DNA of 32,388 nt from an uncultured Oscillospiraceae bacterium (GCA_964520995.1 CAZFQM010000001.1:1-32388); one strand, 5' to 3'. Positions 9,007 to 17,452 are shown, numbered from the stretch's first letter. Made by a program: numbers and translations. Notes: a model not told the origin generated them from the letters alone.

Positions 9007-9320
9007 CCCCCCTCCCTATACAAGTCTCCCGCAACGGCGCAAATGCCAATATCCACAAAAAGGAAAGCTCCGCTTTGTGAGCTATCCCAAAACCTCCCGA
9101 TGTGTTCACCTAACCAACACCTTGGGTTATTGATATATTTAATATTTGTTTACAAATCTACCTTAATTTTTTGGTATGATGAAAAGGCTGATTAAAGTCT
9201 GTCTGTGCCTTTTTTGGCAGTATGACGGCAGTATCCGCTGCTTCTGCCTCGGCTATACCGACCGACTTTATTTATTACGGAAACACAGAGCAATTCTGAA
9301 AAATACGGAGGGATCAACGC

Positions 9321-10490
9321 ATGATTGAAGTACAAGGCCTTACCAAGCGTTACGGCAGCAAGGTTGCGGTGGACGATATTTCGTTTACCGTAAATAAAGG
9401 CGAAATTCTCGGTTTTCTCGGCCCGAACGGCGCCGGAAAATCTACGACGATGAATATCCTGACCGGATATTTATCCTCTAATATCGGCTCGGTCAAAATC
9501 GGCGAGTACGATATTCTCGAAGACCCGATGCAGGCAAAAACAAAGATCGGATACCTACCCGAAAATCCGCCCCTTTACATGGATATGACCGTAAAGGAAT
9601 ATCTGGATTTTGTCTACGATTTAAAGAAGGTCAAAATCCCGCGGAAACGCCATATCAGCGAAATTTGCAGCATCGTGAAAATCAACGATGTCTACAACCG
9701 CATCATCAAAAACCTTTCCAAGGGCTATAAGCAGCGTGTCGGCTTGGCGCAGGCACTGATCGGCAACCCCGAAGTGCTGATTCTCGATGAGCCGACGGTC
9801 GGTCTCGACCCCAAGCAGATCATCGATATCCGCAAGCTGATTAAAGACCTCGGCAAGAAGCACACGGTCATCCTTTCCTCTCACATTCTGCCCGAAATTC
9901 AAGCCGTCTGTGACCGCGTTATCATCATCAACCGCGGAAAAATCGTCGCCGATGACACTGCCGAAAATTTATCCGCCAACATGAGCACCGACCACCGTCA
10001 TCTCGCCATCATCGAAGGACCCGAGAACGAAGTCTACAAGACCCTTTCCACCATTCCCGGAATGGTAGAGGTTACCACCCTCGGCGATCGCGGAAACGGT
10101 ATGTTCGAATACTCCCTCGAAGCGAAAGAGGGCATGGACATCCGTCGTGAGCTGTTTAAACGGATGGCAAGCCGCAACTGGCCGATTATGGGACTCAAGA
10201 GCACCGAGCTGACCCTGGAAGACATCTTCCTGCGGCTCACCTCCTCCGATATTTCCGTTCCGGTCGCTTCCGCCGCAACCAAAAAGAAGGTCGCGGAATC
10301 GGTACTTACCGAGCCGGAGGAAGAGCAAACGGAGGGCTTCGACCGCTTCTGGGAGGAGCAGGCGGAGCGCACGGAGGCTGCTGTTGAAGAGGACGAGCTC
10401 AACACAGACCCCGAAGCGGAAGAAATTACCGACTCATCCGATGCTGTTGAGGATGAGCAAGATAATAAAGATAACGGAGGCGAACAATAA
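9321..10490 (+). CDS. ABC-2-type transporter ATP-binding protein (GldA-like) with an 84-aa acidic tail
   Basis: Walker A is GPNGAGKST, the signature is LSKGYKQRV, and Walker B is LILDEPT. GGAGGG lies 8 nt upstream of the ATG. Confidence 0.9.
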   Translation: MIEVQGLTKRYGSKVAVDDISFTVNKGEILGFLGPNGAGKSTTMNILTGYLSSNIGSVKIGEYDILEDPMQAKTKIGYLPENPPLYMDMTVKEYLDFVYDLKKVKIPRKRHISEICSIVKINDVYNRIIKNLSKGYKQRVGLAQALIGNPEVLILDEPTVGLDPKQIIDIRKLIKDLGKKHTVILSSHILPEIQAVCDRVIIINRGKIVADDTAENLSANMSTDHRHLAIIEGPENEVYKTLSTIPGMVEVTTLGDRGNGMFEYSLEAKEGMDIRRELFKRMASRNWPIMGLKSTELTLEDIFLRLTSSDISVPVASAATKKKVAESVLTEPEEEQTEGFDRFWEEQAERTEAAVEEDELNTDPEAEEITDSSDAVEDEQDNKDNGGEQ

Positions 10491-11212
10491 TGGGCGCAGT
10501 ATTAAGACGGGAGTTTTCCTCCTTTTTCAAATCCCCGATCGGATATGTTTTCTTAGCGGCATATTATCTGATTGCCGGATTCCTGTTCTACGTAACCGTA
10601 GCAAGCTACACCACCCAAACCAGCTTTATGTTCTACTATCTGTTTTATGCTTCTTGTATTTTATTGCCGATCCTGACCATGAAGCTGTTCAGCGATGAAA
10701 AGAAGCAAAAAACCGACCAGCTGCTGTTGACCTCACCGGTCACCTTGACCAGCCTTGTTTACGGCAAATTCTTTGCTACCTTTTTCATCTACGGCATCGG
10801 CGTGGGAATCACCTTGGTATTCTCGCTGATTCTCGCGGCATTCAATTCGGTGGATTGGATGGTTATCATCGGAAACATCCTCGGTCTGCTTTTGATCGGC
10901 GCTGCCATCATTGCAATCGGTATTTTGATTTCCAGTCTCACCGAAAGCCAGATCGTTGCCATCATTCTGACACTGGCTGTTTCGCTGTTCCTGTTGATGA
11001 TGGATATGCTCGCTTCCGCCATCAGCTCTTTGATGGATTTGTTCGGCGTTACCGTATCCTCCGACTTTTCCAACAGCATCTCGATTGCACAACGCTATAA
11101 CGATTTTACCAGCGGTATCTTAGATATCTCCAATGTCATCTTCTTCGTCAGCATTGTAGTGGTATTTAACTTTATCACGGTACGTATTCTCGAAAAAAGA
11201 CGCTGGAACTGA
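10490..11212 (+). CDS. ABC-2 family permease (GldF-like)
   Basis: The 240-aa polytopic membrane protein starts in a TAATG overlap with the ATPase stop, indicating translational coupling. Confidence 0.85.
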   Translation: MGAVLRREFSSFFKSPIGYVFLAAYYLIAGFLFYVTVASYTTQTSFMFYYLFYASCILLPILTMKLFSDEKKQKTDQLLLTSPVTLTSLVYGKFFATFFIYGIGVGITLVFSLILAAFNSVDWMVIIGNILGLLLIGAAIIAIGILISSLTESQIVAIILTLAVSLFLLMMDMLASAISSLMDLFGVTVSSDFSNSISIAQRYNDFTSGILDISNVIFFVSIVVVFNFITVRILEKRRWN

Positions 11213-11337
11213 TTTTGCGAAATCGCACCGGACATTCCGCTTTCCACTGCGGCAATGTCGATGCAACACGGCTTTGTTTTTCTCAGATGTGAGGGCAACC
11301 TCACGATAAAATTCCCAGAAAGGAATGATTCGTTATC

Positions 11338-12825
11338 ATGAAAACCAATATCTTCAAAAGCCGTCGCTTTAAACACGGTACGCTCGCAACGGTTATCACC
11401 GTCGTCTTTATCGCAGCAGTTGTACTGGTCAATATTATTGCGACGATTCTACTGGATAAATTCCCGCTGAACATCGACCTAACCAAGGAGCAATCCATGT
11501 CTATGGCAGAGGACTCCAAGGACTTTTTGAAAAAGCTGGATAAAGAGGTAAGCATCCATGTGCTTGCGGAGGAATCCGATTTTAACCAGGCGGGCAACTT
11601 TTATTACACCCATGCACTCAACACCATGAAGCAGTGCACCCAGTATTCCGGTAAGGTTTCCTTAGACTTTATCAACCTTGAAAAGAACCCCACCTACGGC
11701 AGCGGAAAATACACCGAGTCCCTACAGGCCGGTGATATTATCATCGAATCCGACCTGCGCTACAAAATCGTAAGCGTGGACGATCTGTTTGAGGTGACCT
11801 ACTCCAGCACCGACTACTATCAAACCAATCCGCAGATTTCCTCTTCCAAGGCGGAGCAGGTCATGCTCAGCGGTATCATGTTTGTATCCGAAACCAATCC
11901 GACCGAGGTCACGTTGCTGACCGGCTTCTCGGAGGTACAGGGCGGCTACAGCGGTCTGCAATCATTACTCGAAAGCAACAACTACAGCTTCAAAACCGTT
12001 AACATTCTGACCGAGGACATCCCCTCCTCTTCCAGCATGGTTATCATCCCCGCTCCGACCAAGGACTACACCCAAAAGGAAATCGACAAGCTGGAAACCT
12101 ACCTGACCAACGACGGCAAGTACGGCAAAAAGCTGATCTATCTCGCTTCCTATCAGCAGGGCAATCTCCCCGTGTTAGAGGGCTACCTGGAGACCGATTG
12201 GGGCATCAAGGTCGGCAGCGGCGTTATCTGGGAAACCAACGCCTCCAATGTTTACGGCTACTCCTACTATAACACCTTGAATACCCTGACCGGAAACGGC
12301 TATGTTGACGGTCTGGCGGACAGCTCTCTCCCGGTTTACATGAGTGCTTCCCGTCCGGTTACCGCCGCTTTTGACGCAAAAAGCGAGATGGAAACCACTT
12401 CCCTTATCACCTCCGCCGACACCTGCGTGCTGCAGCCGATGGATGCCGATGAGGATTGGTCTCCCGACAATGAAACCAAGCAGGCATTCACCACCGCAGT
12501 CGCCTGCACCCGTACCAAATACGATTCCGAAACCGCCGATGCAATGGAATCCACCGTTGTGGCGTTCGGCAGCTTGGATTTCTTCGTTTCGGGCGCATTG
12601 CAGATGGATACCTTTAACAACGGCGAATTCACCGTAAATATGTGCAACGACCTGGTCGGAAAAGAGGACAACACCCTGAACATCGTTCCGAAATCCGACA
12701 GCTCCGAAACCTTGGACATCACCGAGGGAACCGTCAGAGTGTTCCAGATTATCTTTGTCATCGTTGTTCCGATTGCGGTGCTTGCGACCGGCTTAATCAT
12801 CTGGTTCAGAAGGAGACACAAATAA
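11338..12825 (+). CDS. GldG-like ABC-transporter auxiliary component (ABC_transp_aux family)
   Basis: It has N- and C-terminal TM anchors. The motif LNIDLTKEQSMS after TM1 is typical of GldG-type proteins. Confidence 0.78.
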   Translation: MKTNIFKSRRFKHGTLATVITVVFIAAVVLVNIIATILLDKFPLNIDLTKEQSMSMAEDSKDFLKKLDKEVSIHVLAEESDFNQAGNFYYTHALNTMKQCTQYSGKVSLDFINLEKNPTYGSGKYTESLQAGDIIIESDLRYKIVSVDDLFEVTYSSTDYYQTNPQISSSKAEQVMLSGIMFVSETNPTEVTLLTGFSEVQGGYSGLQSLLESNNYSFKTVNILTEDIPSSSSMVIIPAPTKDYTQKEIDKLETYLTNDGKYGKKLIYLASYQQGNLPVLEGYLETDWGIKVGSGVIWETNASNVYGYSYYNTLNTLTGNGYVDGLADSSLPVYMSASRPVTAAFDAKSEMETTSLITSADTCVLQPMDADEDWSPDNETKQAFTTAVACTRTKYDSETADAMESTVVAFGSLDFFVSGALQMDTFNNGEFTVNMCNDLVGKEDNTLNIVPKSDSSETLDITEGTVRVFQIIFVIVVPIAVLATGLIIWFRRRHK

Positions 12826-12826
12826 T

Positions 12827-14365
12827 ATGGCGAAAATGAGTAAAAAGGTAAAATCGTTGATTTTAGCCGCCATCATCCTGGTGGTATTGGGCGGCATCCT
12901 GACATTACTGCTTTTGTTGCCAAATGATTCCGACTCCGCCGACAGCTCCTCTGCCTCCGTCTCCTCGGACAGCTCGATTGTCCTTATCGACAAGGAGCAG
13001 AAGAACGTAAAAAACATCAACATCAAAACCGGCAAGGAAAGCTATGATATTGCTTCGGTCGGAGATGCTAAATTGGAGCTCGCCGCGCTCAAAGGCTTTG
13101 ACCAATCAGAAAGTATGTACACCACCGTTACCACTGCCGCCGCCGATATTTCGGCAACCAAAATCCTACTCGATAAGCAGGAAAACCTTGCCGAGTACGG
13201 TCTGGAAAAGCCGGCAACCGTTGTCACCGTCACCTACACCGACGGTACCGTCTTCAAAATGAATCTCGGCTCCGAAACACCGGACGGCAGCGGCAAATAC
13301 ATGACGGTAGAGGGCAAGGAGCCTATCTATATCTATGATTCCTATTCTGCGGCTTCCTTTGAAAATGCCGCATACGACTATCTGGATGCCACAATCCTGA
13401 ATCTGGGCACCGACGACAGCTCTTCCACCTCTTCGACCACCTCCTCCGGAACAGAAACCGAAGAGGTTCTCATCGAGCGGTTCGAAATCCAGCGCAAGGA
13501 TCTCGACAAGCCGATTATCTTCCAAAAGCTGGAAAACAACACCGACGATTCCAGCGGCATCTCCCTCGGTACCTATCAGCTCACCAGCCCGCTTTCGGTA
13601 ACCGCAGATGACGAAAAGCTCGGCACCAATCTGACCGGCTTCTTGACCCTGTCGGGCAGCTCGGTTGAGGTGCTCAAGCCCTCTGCCGCGGAAAAGAAAG
13701 CGCGTGGCTTCAGCAATCCTACTGCCGTAATCAAGGTAAAATACGATGACAAGGACTATACCCTGCGGGTCGGCAATGCAATCACCTGTGAGGCGGATGA
13801 GGATGCGGACGGCTTGGAATCGGGTCACACCCATTCGATTCTCGGCTACAACGTCATGCTGGACGGCAAAGACTTAATCTACCGCGTTTCTGCCTCCTCG
13901 CTCCCTTGGCTGACCATGGAAGCGAAGGATTACATGAGCGTATTTGTGGTTATCCCGAACATCGTTGACGTGAAAACGGTTACGGTAACCGTTGACAGCA
14001 AGAAATACGTCTTTAACCTCACCACCGAAAAGGATGAGGATGACAACGACGTCATCATTCCGACCTATAACGGCAAAACTCTGACCGAGGACTACTTTAA
14101 AAGCTATTATCAGGTGCTGCTGAGCATTACCCAGGCGGGATTGAACAACAAAAAGGTGTCCGGAACGCCGATTATGACGTTACAATACGATTATCATGAC
14201 AGCTCCAGAAAGTCCGACAAGCTGGAATATTATGACAACGGCGCGGGAGCAATCACCATCGCCCTCAACGGAGAGGCAAACTTCACGGCAAGATATTCTA
14301 CCGTGAAAAAGGCGATGGAGGACACCCTGCTCATCAGCCAAAACAAAGAGGTTATCGCAAATTAA
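12827..14365 (+). CDS. DUF4340-like membrane-anchored protein
   Basis: It has an N-terminal TM segment, a Ser/Asp-rich linker and repeated beta-rich modules (TVTYTDGTVFKMNLGSETPDGSGKYM). Its position right after the GldG-like gene matches the usual pairing. Confidence 0.72.
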   Translation: MAKMSKKVKSLILAAIILVVLGGILTLLLLLPNDSDSADSSSASVSSDSSIVLIDKEQKNVKNINIKTGKESYDIASVGDAKLELAALKGFDQSESMYTTVTTAAADISATKILLDKQENLAEYGLEKPATVVTVTYTDGTVFKMNLGSETPDGSGKYMTVEGKEPIYIYDSYSAASFENAAYDYLDATILNLGTDDSSSTSSTTSSGTETEEVLIERFEIQRKDLDKPIIFQKLENNTDDSSGISLGTYQLTSPLSVTADDEKLGTNLTGFLTLSGSSVEVLKPSAAEKKARGFSNPTAVIKVKYDDKDYTLRVGNAITCEADEDADGLESGHTHSILGYNVMLDGKDLIYRVSASSLPWLTMEAKDYMSVFVVIPNIVDVKTVTVTVDSKKYVFNLTTEKDEDDNDVIIPTYNGKTLTEDYFKSYYQVLLSITQAGLNNKKVSGTPIMTLQYDYHDSSRKSDKLEYYDNGAGAITIALNGEANFTARYSTVKKAMEDTLLISQNKEVIAN

Positions 14366-14386
14366 CGATTGCCCGATTTCTGCTTT

Positions 14387-14425
14387 ACCCATCCGACAAA
14401 ATGTCGGATGGGTATGCTTTGTCTT
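14387..14425 (+). terminator. Hairpin terminator after the ABC-2/GldG/DUF4340 operon
   Basis: ACCCATCCGACA-aaa-TGTCGGATGGGT forms a perfect 12-bp stem followed by a T-rich tail. A second hairpin, GAAAAGCC/GGCTTTTC, lies at 14447-14464. Confidence 0.5.
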
Positions 14426-14557
14426 ATTCGTACCGCCAATGAATTTGAAAAGCCGTGGCTTTTCGGATTCCTTGACTGTACGCGTTCTTCCGAATGCGAT
14501 ATATCGCGGCACATCGGCAAAAGCTTTTTCTACTGCTTGACAAAAGGAGACATCATC

Positions 14558-15145
14558 ATGCCGAAGCTTTATTTGGTGCTCACCCGCACCAACACAAATC
14601 TCGCAAAAGCGATTCGATTTTTCACCAAGCGCAGCTACAACCATGTTTCCATTGCGCTCGACGACCGGCTGGACAGGTTATACAGCTTCGGCAGGCGCAG
14701 ACCCCGCAATCCCTTTTTTGCCGGCTTTGTGCGGGAGGACATTCTGACCGGATTTTATCACTATTTCAATGATACCACCTGTATCATCTATGAGCTTTCG
14801 GTCTCCGAGCTGCAATGGAGCCGTCTACAGGGCTATTTGACCCCTTTTCTCTCCGATCCCATGCGATACAAATTTAATTTTATCGGCTTGATTTTATGCG
14901 GGCTGTCTATCCCCTTTTCTCCGAAAAATACCTATTTTTGCTCACAATTTATCTCGGAGGCATTGGAGCAAAGCGGCATCTACTCCTTTGGCAAGGATTG
15001 CCGTTTGGTTCAGCCTGCTTCTTTTATGAACCTGCCAAACGCCAAGGTAATCTACCGCGGTAAAATCGTAAGCTATCATCCTGCTGTTCCCTTATCGGCA
15101 AAGGAGCCTCGGGTCGCAGCGCAATCGCTTACGGAAAGGTGCTGA
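14558..15145 (+). CDS. Permuted papain-fold peptidase, YiiX/YaeF (C92)-like
   Basis: The His-bearing segment SYNHVSIAL precedes the Cys-bearing YFCSQFISEAL, which is the permuted order. I set the start at MPKLYL because AAAGGAGA lies upstream. The residues upstream of it in the ORF track cover a terminator. Confidence 0.65.
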   Translation: MPKLYLVLTRTNTNLAKAIRFFTKRSYNHVSIALDDRLDRLYSFGRRRPRNPFFAGFVREDILTGFYHYFNDTTCIIYELSVSELQWSRLQGYLTPFLSDPMRYKFNFIGLILCGLSIPFSPKNTYFCSQFISEALEQSGIYSFGKDCRLVQPASFMNLPNAKVIYRGKIVSYHPAVPLSAKEPRVAAQSLTERC

Positions 15146-15150
15146 ACAAA

Positions 15151-15996
15151 ATGTCCCCCGCTTCCAACTCCATCCCCTCCGACAAAAAAGCCTTACAGGA
15201 TATCCGCTTCCTTGTGGTCGTTACGCTCTTCAGCGTGGGCGTTCCTTTGGCTATGCTGTATATCATGCTGAGGAACACTTTCTCCCCGCGCGATTTTCTT
15301 CACCGCTTAAAGGAAACTGATTCGCCGCAGGCACTTCCGATTGCCCTCGGCGTGCTGACGGTGGGAACACTGCTCACCGATATCAGCAGCAACTTCCTCG
15401 GTTTCCTGCACATCAAGCTGTTAAAGTCGGAGATTTTGATTCCGGACGGATTTTTCCCGCTTTTACTGTTTCTGACACACTATCTCTTACTCACGCCCAT
15501 CTTGGAGGAATTTTTATTTCGCGGCGCTGTCCTTCATATCTTTCGCCGGCACGGTGACCTTTTCGCGCTGATTCTCTCCGCCCTTTTTTATGCCATGGCG
15601 GAAGAATCCTATACCGGCTTTCTCTCGGTCTTTCTGTTCGGTTTGGTGGCGGGATATTTCGTGTTACATTCCCGCTCGGTTTTCATCGGCATCCTCATGC
15701 ATATTTTCCGCAACGCAATCGGCGTACTTCTCTCGATGCTTACTGCTTCACTGGATGCCGACACGGCGGCAGTGACTCAAATTGCCTTATTTGCTTTCAT
15801 CCTTGCCCTTTCGTTACTTGCCTTTTTACGACTCGGCAAAAAAGAGAAGGAAGTATTCTCCGTCGATGAAAATGCCGCAAGCGCCGATTTGACCCTCTCC
15901 GTTCGGTTTAAGGTCGCGCTTTGCAACCCCGCTTTTATTCTATTTGCCGTTATCTTTCTGTATCGGCTTATCCCGCTGATACAGATCTACCGTTAA
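15151..15996 (+). CDS. CPBP-family intramembrane glutamic endopeptidase (CAAX protease/Abi-like)
   Basis: It is a polytopic protein carrying EEFLFRG (EExxxR) and HIFRNA (HxxxN). The alternative GTG start at 15139 overlaps the upstream stop (GTGCTGA). Confidence 0.8.
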   Translation: MSPASNSIPSDKKALQDIRFLVVVTLFSVGVPLAMLYIMLRNTFSPRDFLHRLKETDSPQALPIALGVLTVGTLLTDISSNFLGFLHIKLLKSEILIPDGFFPLLLFLTHYLLLTPILEEFLFRGAVLHIFRRHGDLFALILSALFYAMAEESYTGFLSVFLFGLVAGYFVLHSRSVFIGILMHIFRNAIGVLLSMLTASLDADTAAVTQIALFAFILALSLLAFLRLGKKEKEVFSVDENAASADLTLSVRFKVALCNPAFILFAVIFLYRLIPLIQIYR

Positions 15997-16049
15997 TCTC
16001 GCAAGCGGCTTCCCCCTCCAAACCAATTTCCCGAAAGGAGCGCCATGCA

Positions 16050-16514
16050 ATGGGCATTCAAGAGGATGAGCTTTACATGAGAGCTGCCCTGGAATGGGCA
16101 AAAAAGGCGGCACAGCTGGGAGAGGTTCCGGTTGGAGCAATCATCGTTCGGGGGCAGGAAATCCTCTCCGCTGCCTGCAATCGGCGGGAGCTTGACCACT
16201 CGGCTACTGCACACGCAGAGCTACTTGCCATTGAAGAGGCTTGCCGAAAGTCAGGCGGTTGGCGGTTATCCGATTGCACCCTCTATGTGACCTTGGAACC
16301 ATGCCCGATGTGCGCCGGTGCCATCATCAACTCCCGTATCAAGCGTGTTGTTTACGGTGCAAGAGATGACAAGGCGGGGGCTTGCGGGTCAATCGCCAAT
16401 CTATTCGAAATGGACTTCAATCACCGCCCGGTCATGAAAAGCGGTGTCCTGGCGGAAGAATCCGCGGCGCTACTCTCCGATTTTTTTCGGAGCCTTCGAC
16501 AAAAAGAGCTATAA
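16050..16514 (+). CDS. tadA: tRNA adenosine(34) deaminase TadA
   Basis: The HAE and PCPMCAGA zinc motifs are present, with MGIQEDELYMRAALEWAKKAAQLGEVPVGA at the N-terminus. AAAGGAG lies 9 nt upstream of the ATG at 16050. Confidence 0.9.
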   Translation: MGIQEDELYMRAALEWAKKAAQLGEVPVGAIIVRGQEILSAACNRRELDHSATAHAELLAIEEACRKSGGWRLSDCTLYVTLEPCPMCAGAIINSRIKRVVYGARDDKAGACGSIANLFEMDFNHRPVMKSGVLAEESAALLSDFFRSLRQKEL

Positions 16515-16530
16515 GAGCAAACAACCGAAT

Positions 16531-16577
16531 AAAAAGAATGCGTAAAAGGGAAATGTCCTTTTTACGCATTCTTTTTA
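16531..16577. terminator. Bidirectional hairpin terminator after tadA
   Basis: AAAAAGAATGCGTAAAAGG-loop-CCTTTTTACGCATTCTTTTT forms a stem of about 16 bp with one bulge, flanked by an A-tract and a T-tract. Confidence 0.75.
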
Positions 16578-16584
16578 TACTTAC

Positions 16585-16673
16585 AGCAGGGAATAGCTCC
16601 CTGCACCCTAATTCGCGAACCAAGCAGGGAAAAATGAACGGCTATTTTGCCCGCGTTTATAGGTAGGCTTAGC
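16585..16673 (+). repeat. Copy A of an 89-nt repeated intergenic element
   Basis: It aligns without gaps to 19722-19810 at 71/89 identities by hand count. The alignment includes the 22-nt identical run CCCTGCACCCTAATTCGCGAAC. Confidence 0.8.
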
Positions 16674-16707
16674 AAAAAAAGAGTCGAAGTTCGCGAAGTA
16701 GGGTCGC

Positions 16708-16770
16708 GGGAGACAGTTCTCTCCCTCCGTCTTTTGCGAAGCAAAAGACACCTCCCTCGTCAGAGGGAGG
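16708..16770. terminator. Cluster of three stacked hairpins between the convergent tadA side and the XRE gene
   Basis: The hairpins are GGGAGA/TCTCCC (16708-16725), GTCTTTTGC/GCAAAAGAC (16729-16749) and CCTCCCTC/GAGGGAGG (16751-16770). T-runs are usable on both strands. Confidence 0.6.
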
Positions 16771-16820
16771 CAAAAGGGACTCAAACTCTTAAAATAAGGA
16801 TTACCTATTTTGAGAAAGGT

Positions 16821-17036
16821 TTATTCCGGCATCCGGAAATCGTTTTCATCAAAAAGGAAAACATCCTCGATATAAAGATTAAAGACCTCCGAAATTTTGT
16901 ATGCAAGCAGAACCGACGGATTGTAATCTCCTTTTTCCAGCGAAATCACCGTTCTGGAGGTCACCCCCAAAGGGTCGGCGAGCTGTTGCTGAGTAATGTT
17001 GTTTTCCTTGCGCAATTCTTTCACTCGATTGGTCAT
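16821..17036 (-). CDS. Small XRE-family (Cro/CI-type) HTH transcriptional regulator
   Basis: The 71-aa protein MTNRVKELRKENNITQQQLADPLGVTSRTVISLEKGDYNPS has a canonical HTH_3 layout. AGGAGGA lies upstream. Confidence 0.85.
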   Translation of the reverse strand: MTNRVKELRKENNITQQQLADPLGVTSRTVISLEKGDYNPSVLLAYKISEVFNLYIEDVFLFDENDFRMPE

Positions 17037-17078
17037 TTTTTGATCCTCCTATGAATTTTACTTCATTAACTTTATTTC

Positions 17079-17107
17079 ATAGTACCACAACTCCTCCCGC
17101 TTGTCAA
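17079..17107 (-). promoter_or_regulatory. Sigma-A-type promoter of the XRE gene
   Basis: The minus strand reads TTGACA, a 17-nt spacer, then TGgTACTAT (extended -10). Confidence 0.55.
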
Positions 17108-17203
17108 GTCTCTACGATTCCTGTCACCAAATCGACGAAAGCATCATACGCTGTTAAGGGAACATTCCCAAATTCCATGATACAGCAAAGGAGTTATCGG
17201 AGC

Positions 17204-17452
17204 ATGGAGGAAAACATTATCCCCTTAAACAAAGCAAAAGAGGGAGAAACGGTAATCATTCGGGCGTTAACCGTTGATGACAAAATGCGGCGGCGATTGC
17301 TGGACATCGGTTTGGTGGAAAAAACTGCGGTCACCTGCCTGCAAAAAAGCCCTCTCGGGGACCCGACCGCCTATCTGATTCGCGGTGCGGTCATTGCACT
17401 GCGTGCCGAGGATGCGGACGGCATAACGGTCTGCCGTGCAAGGGAAGCCTGA
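17204..17452 (+). CDS. feoA: Ferrous iron transport protein A (FeoA)
   Basis: The 82-aa protein MEENIIPLNKAKEGETVIIRAL...RRRLLDIGLVEKT has the FeoA SH3-like pattern. AAAGGAG lies 10 nt upstream of the ATG at 17204. Confidence 0.85.
   Translation: MEENIIPLNKAKEGETVIIRALTVDDKMRRRLLDIGLVEKTAVTCLQKSPLGDPTAYLIRGAVIALRAEDADGITVCRAREA

Noticed and set aside
16515-16820. An SRP (4.5S/scRNA) gene, which often follows tadA in Firmicutes.
   Set aside because: I could not find the conserved domain IV motif (GGAAGCAGCC-type symmetric loop, GNRA tetraloop context) on either strand. The structures present are simple hairpins and the repeat element.
16647-17054. A 135-aa plus-strand ORF, and a 60-aa minus-strand ORF at 16562-16744, as a possible toxin partner for the XRE protein.
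   Set aside because: The first is antisense to the XRE gene. The second runs through the repeat and the terminator hairpins. Neither has an RBS, and both have low-complexity Arg/Ser/Leu composition.
17037-17203. A Fur box upstream of feoA.
   Set aside because: I found no convincing match to the 19-bp GATAATGATAATCATTATC consensus or the 7-1-7 consensus by eye. This is reported as an absence in the findings, not as a feature.
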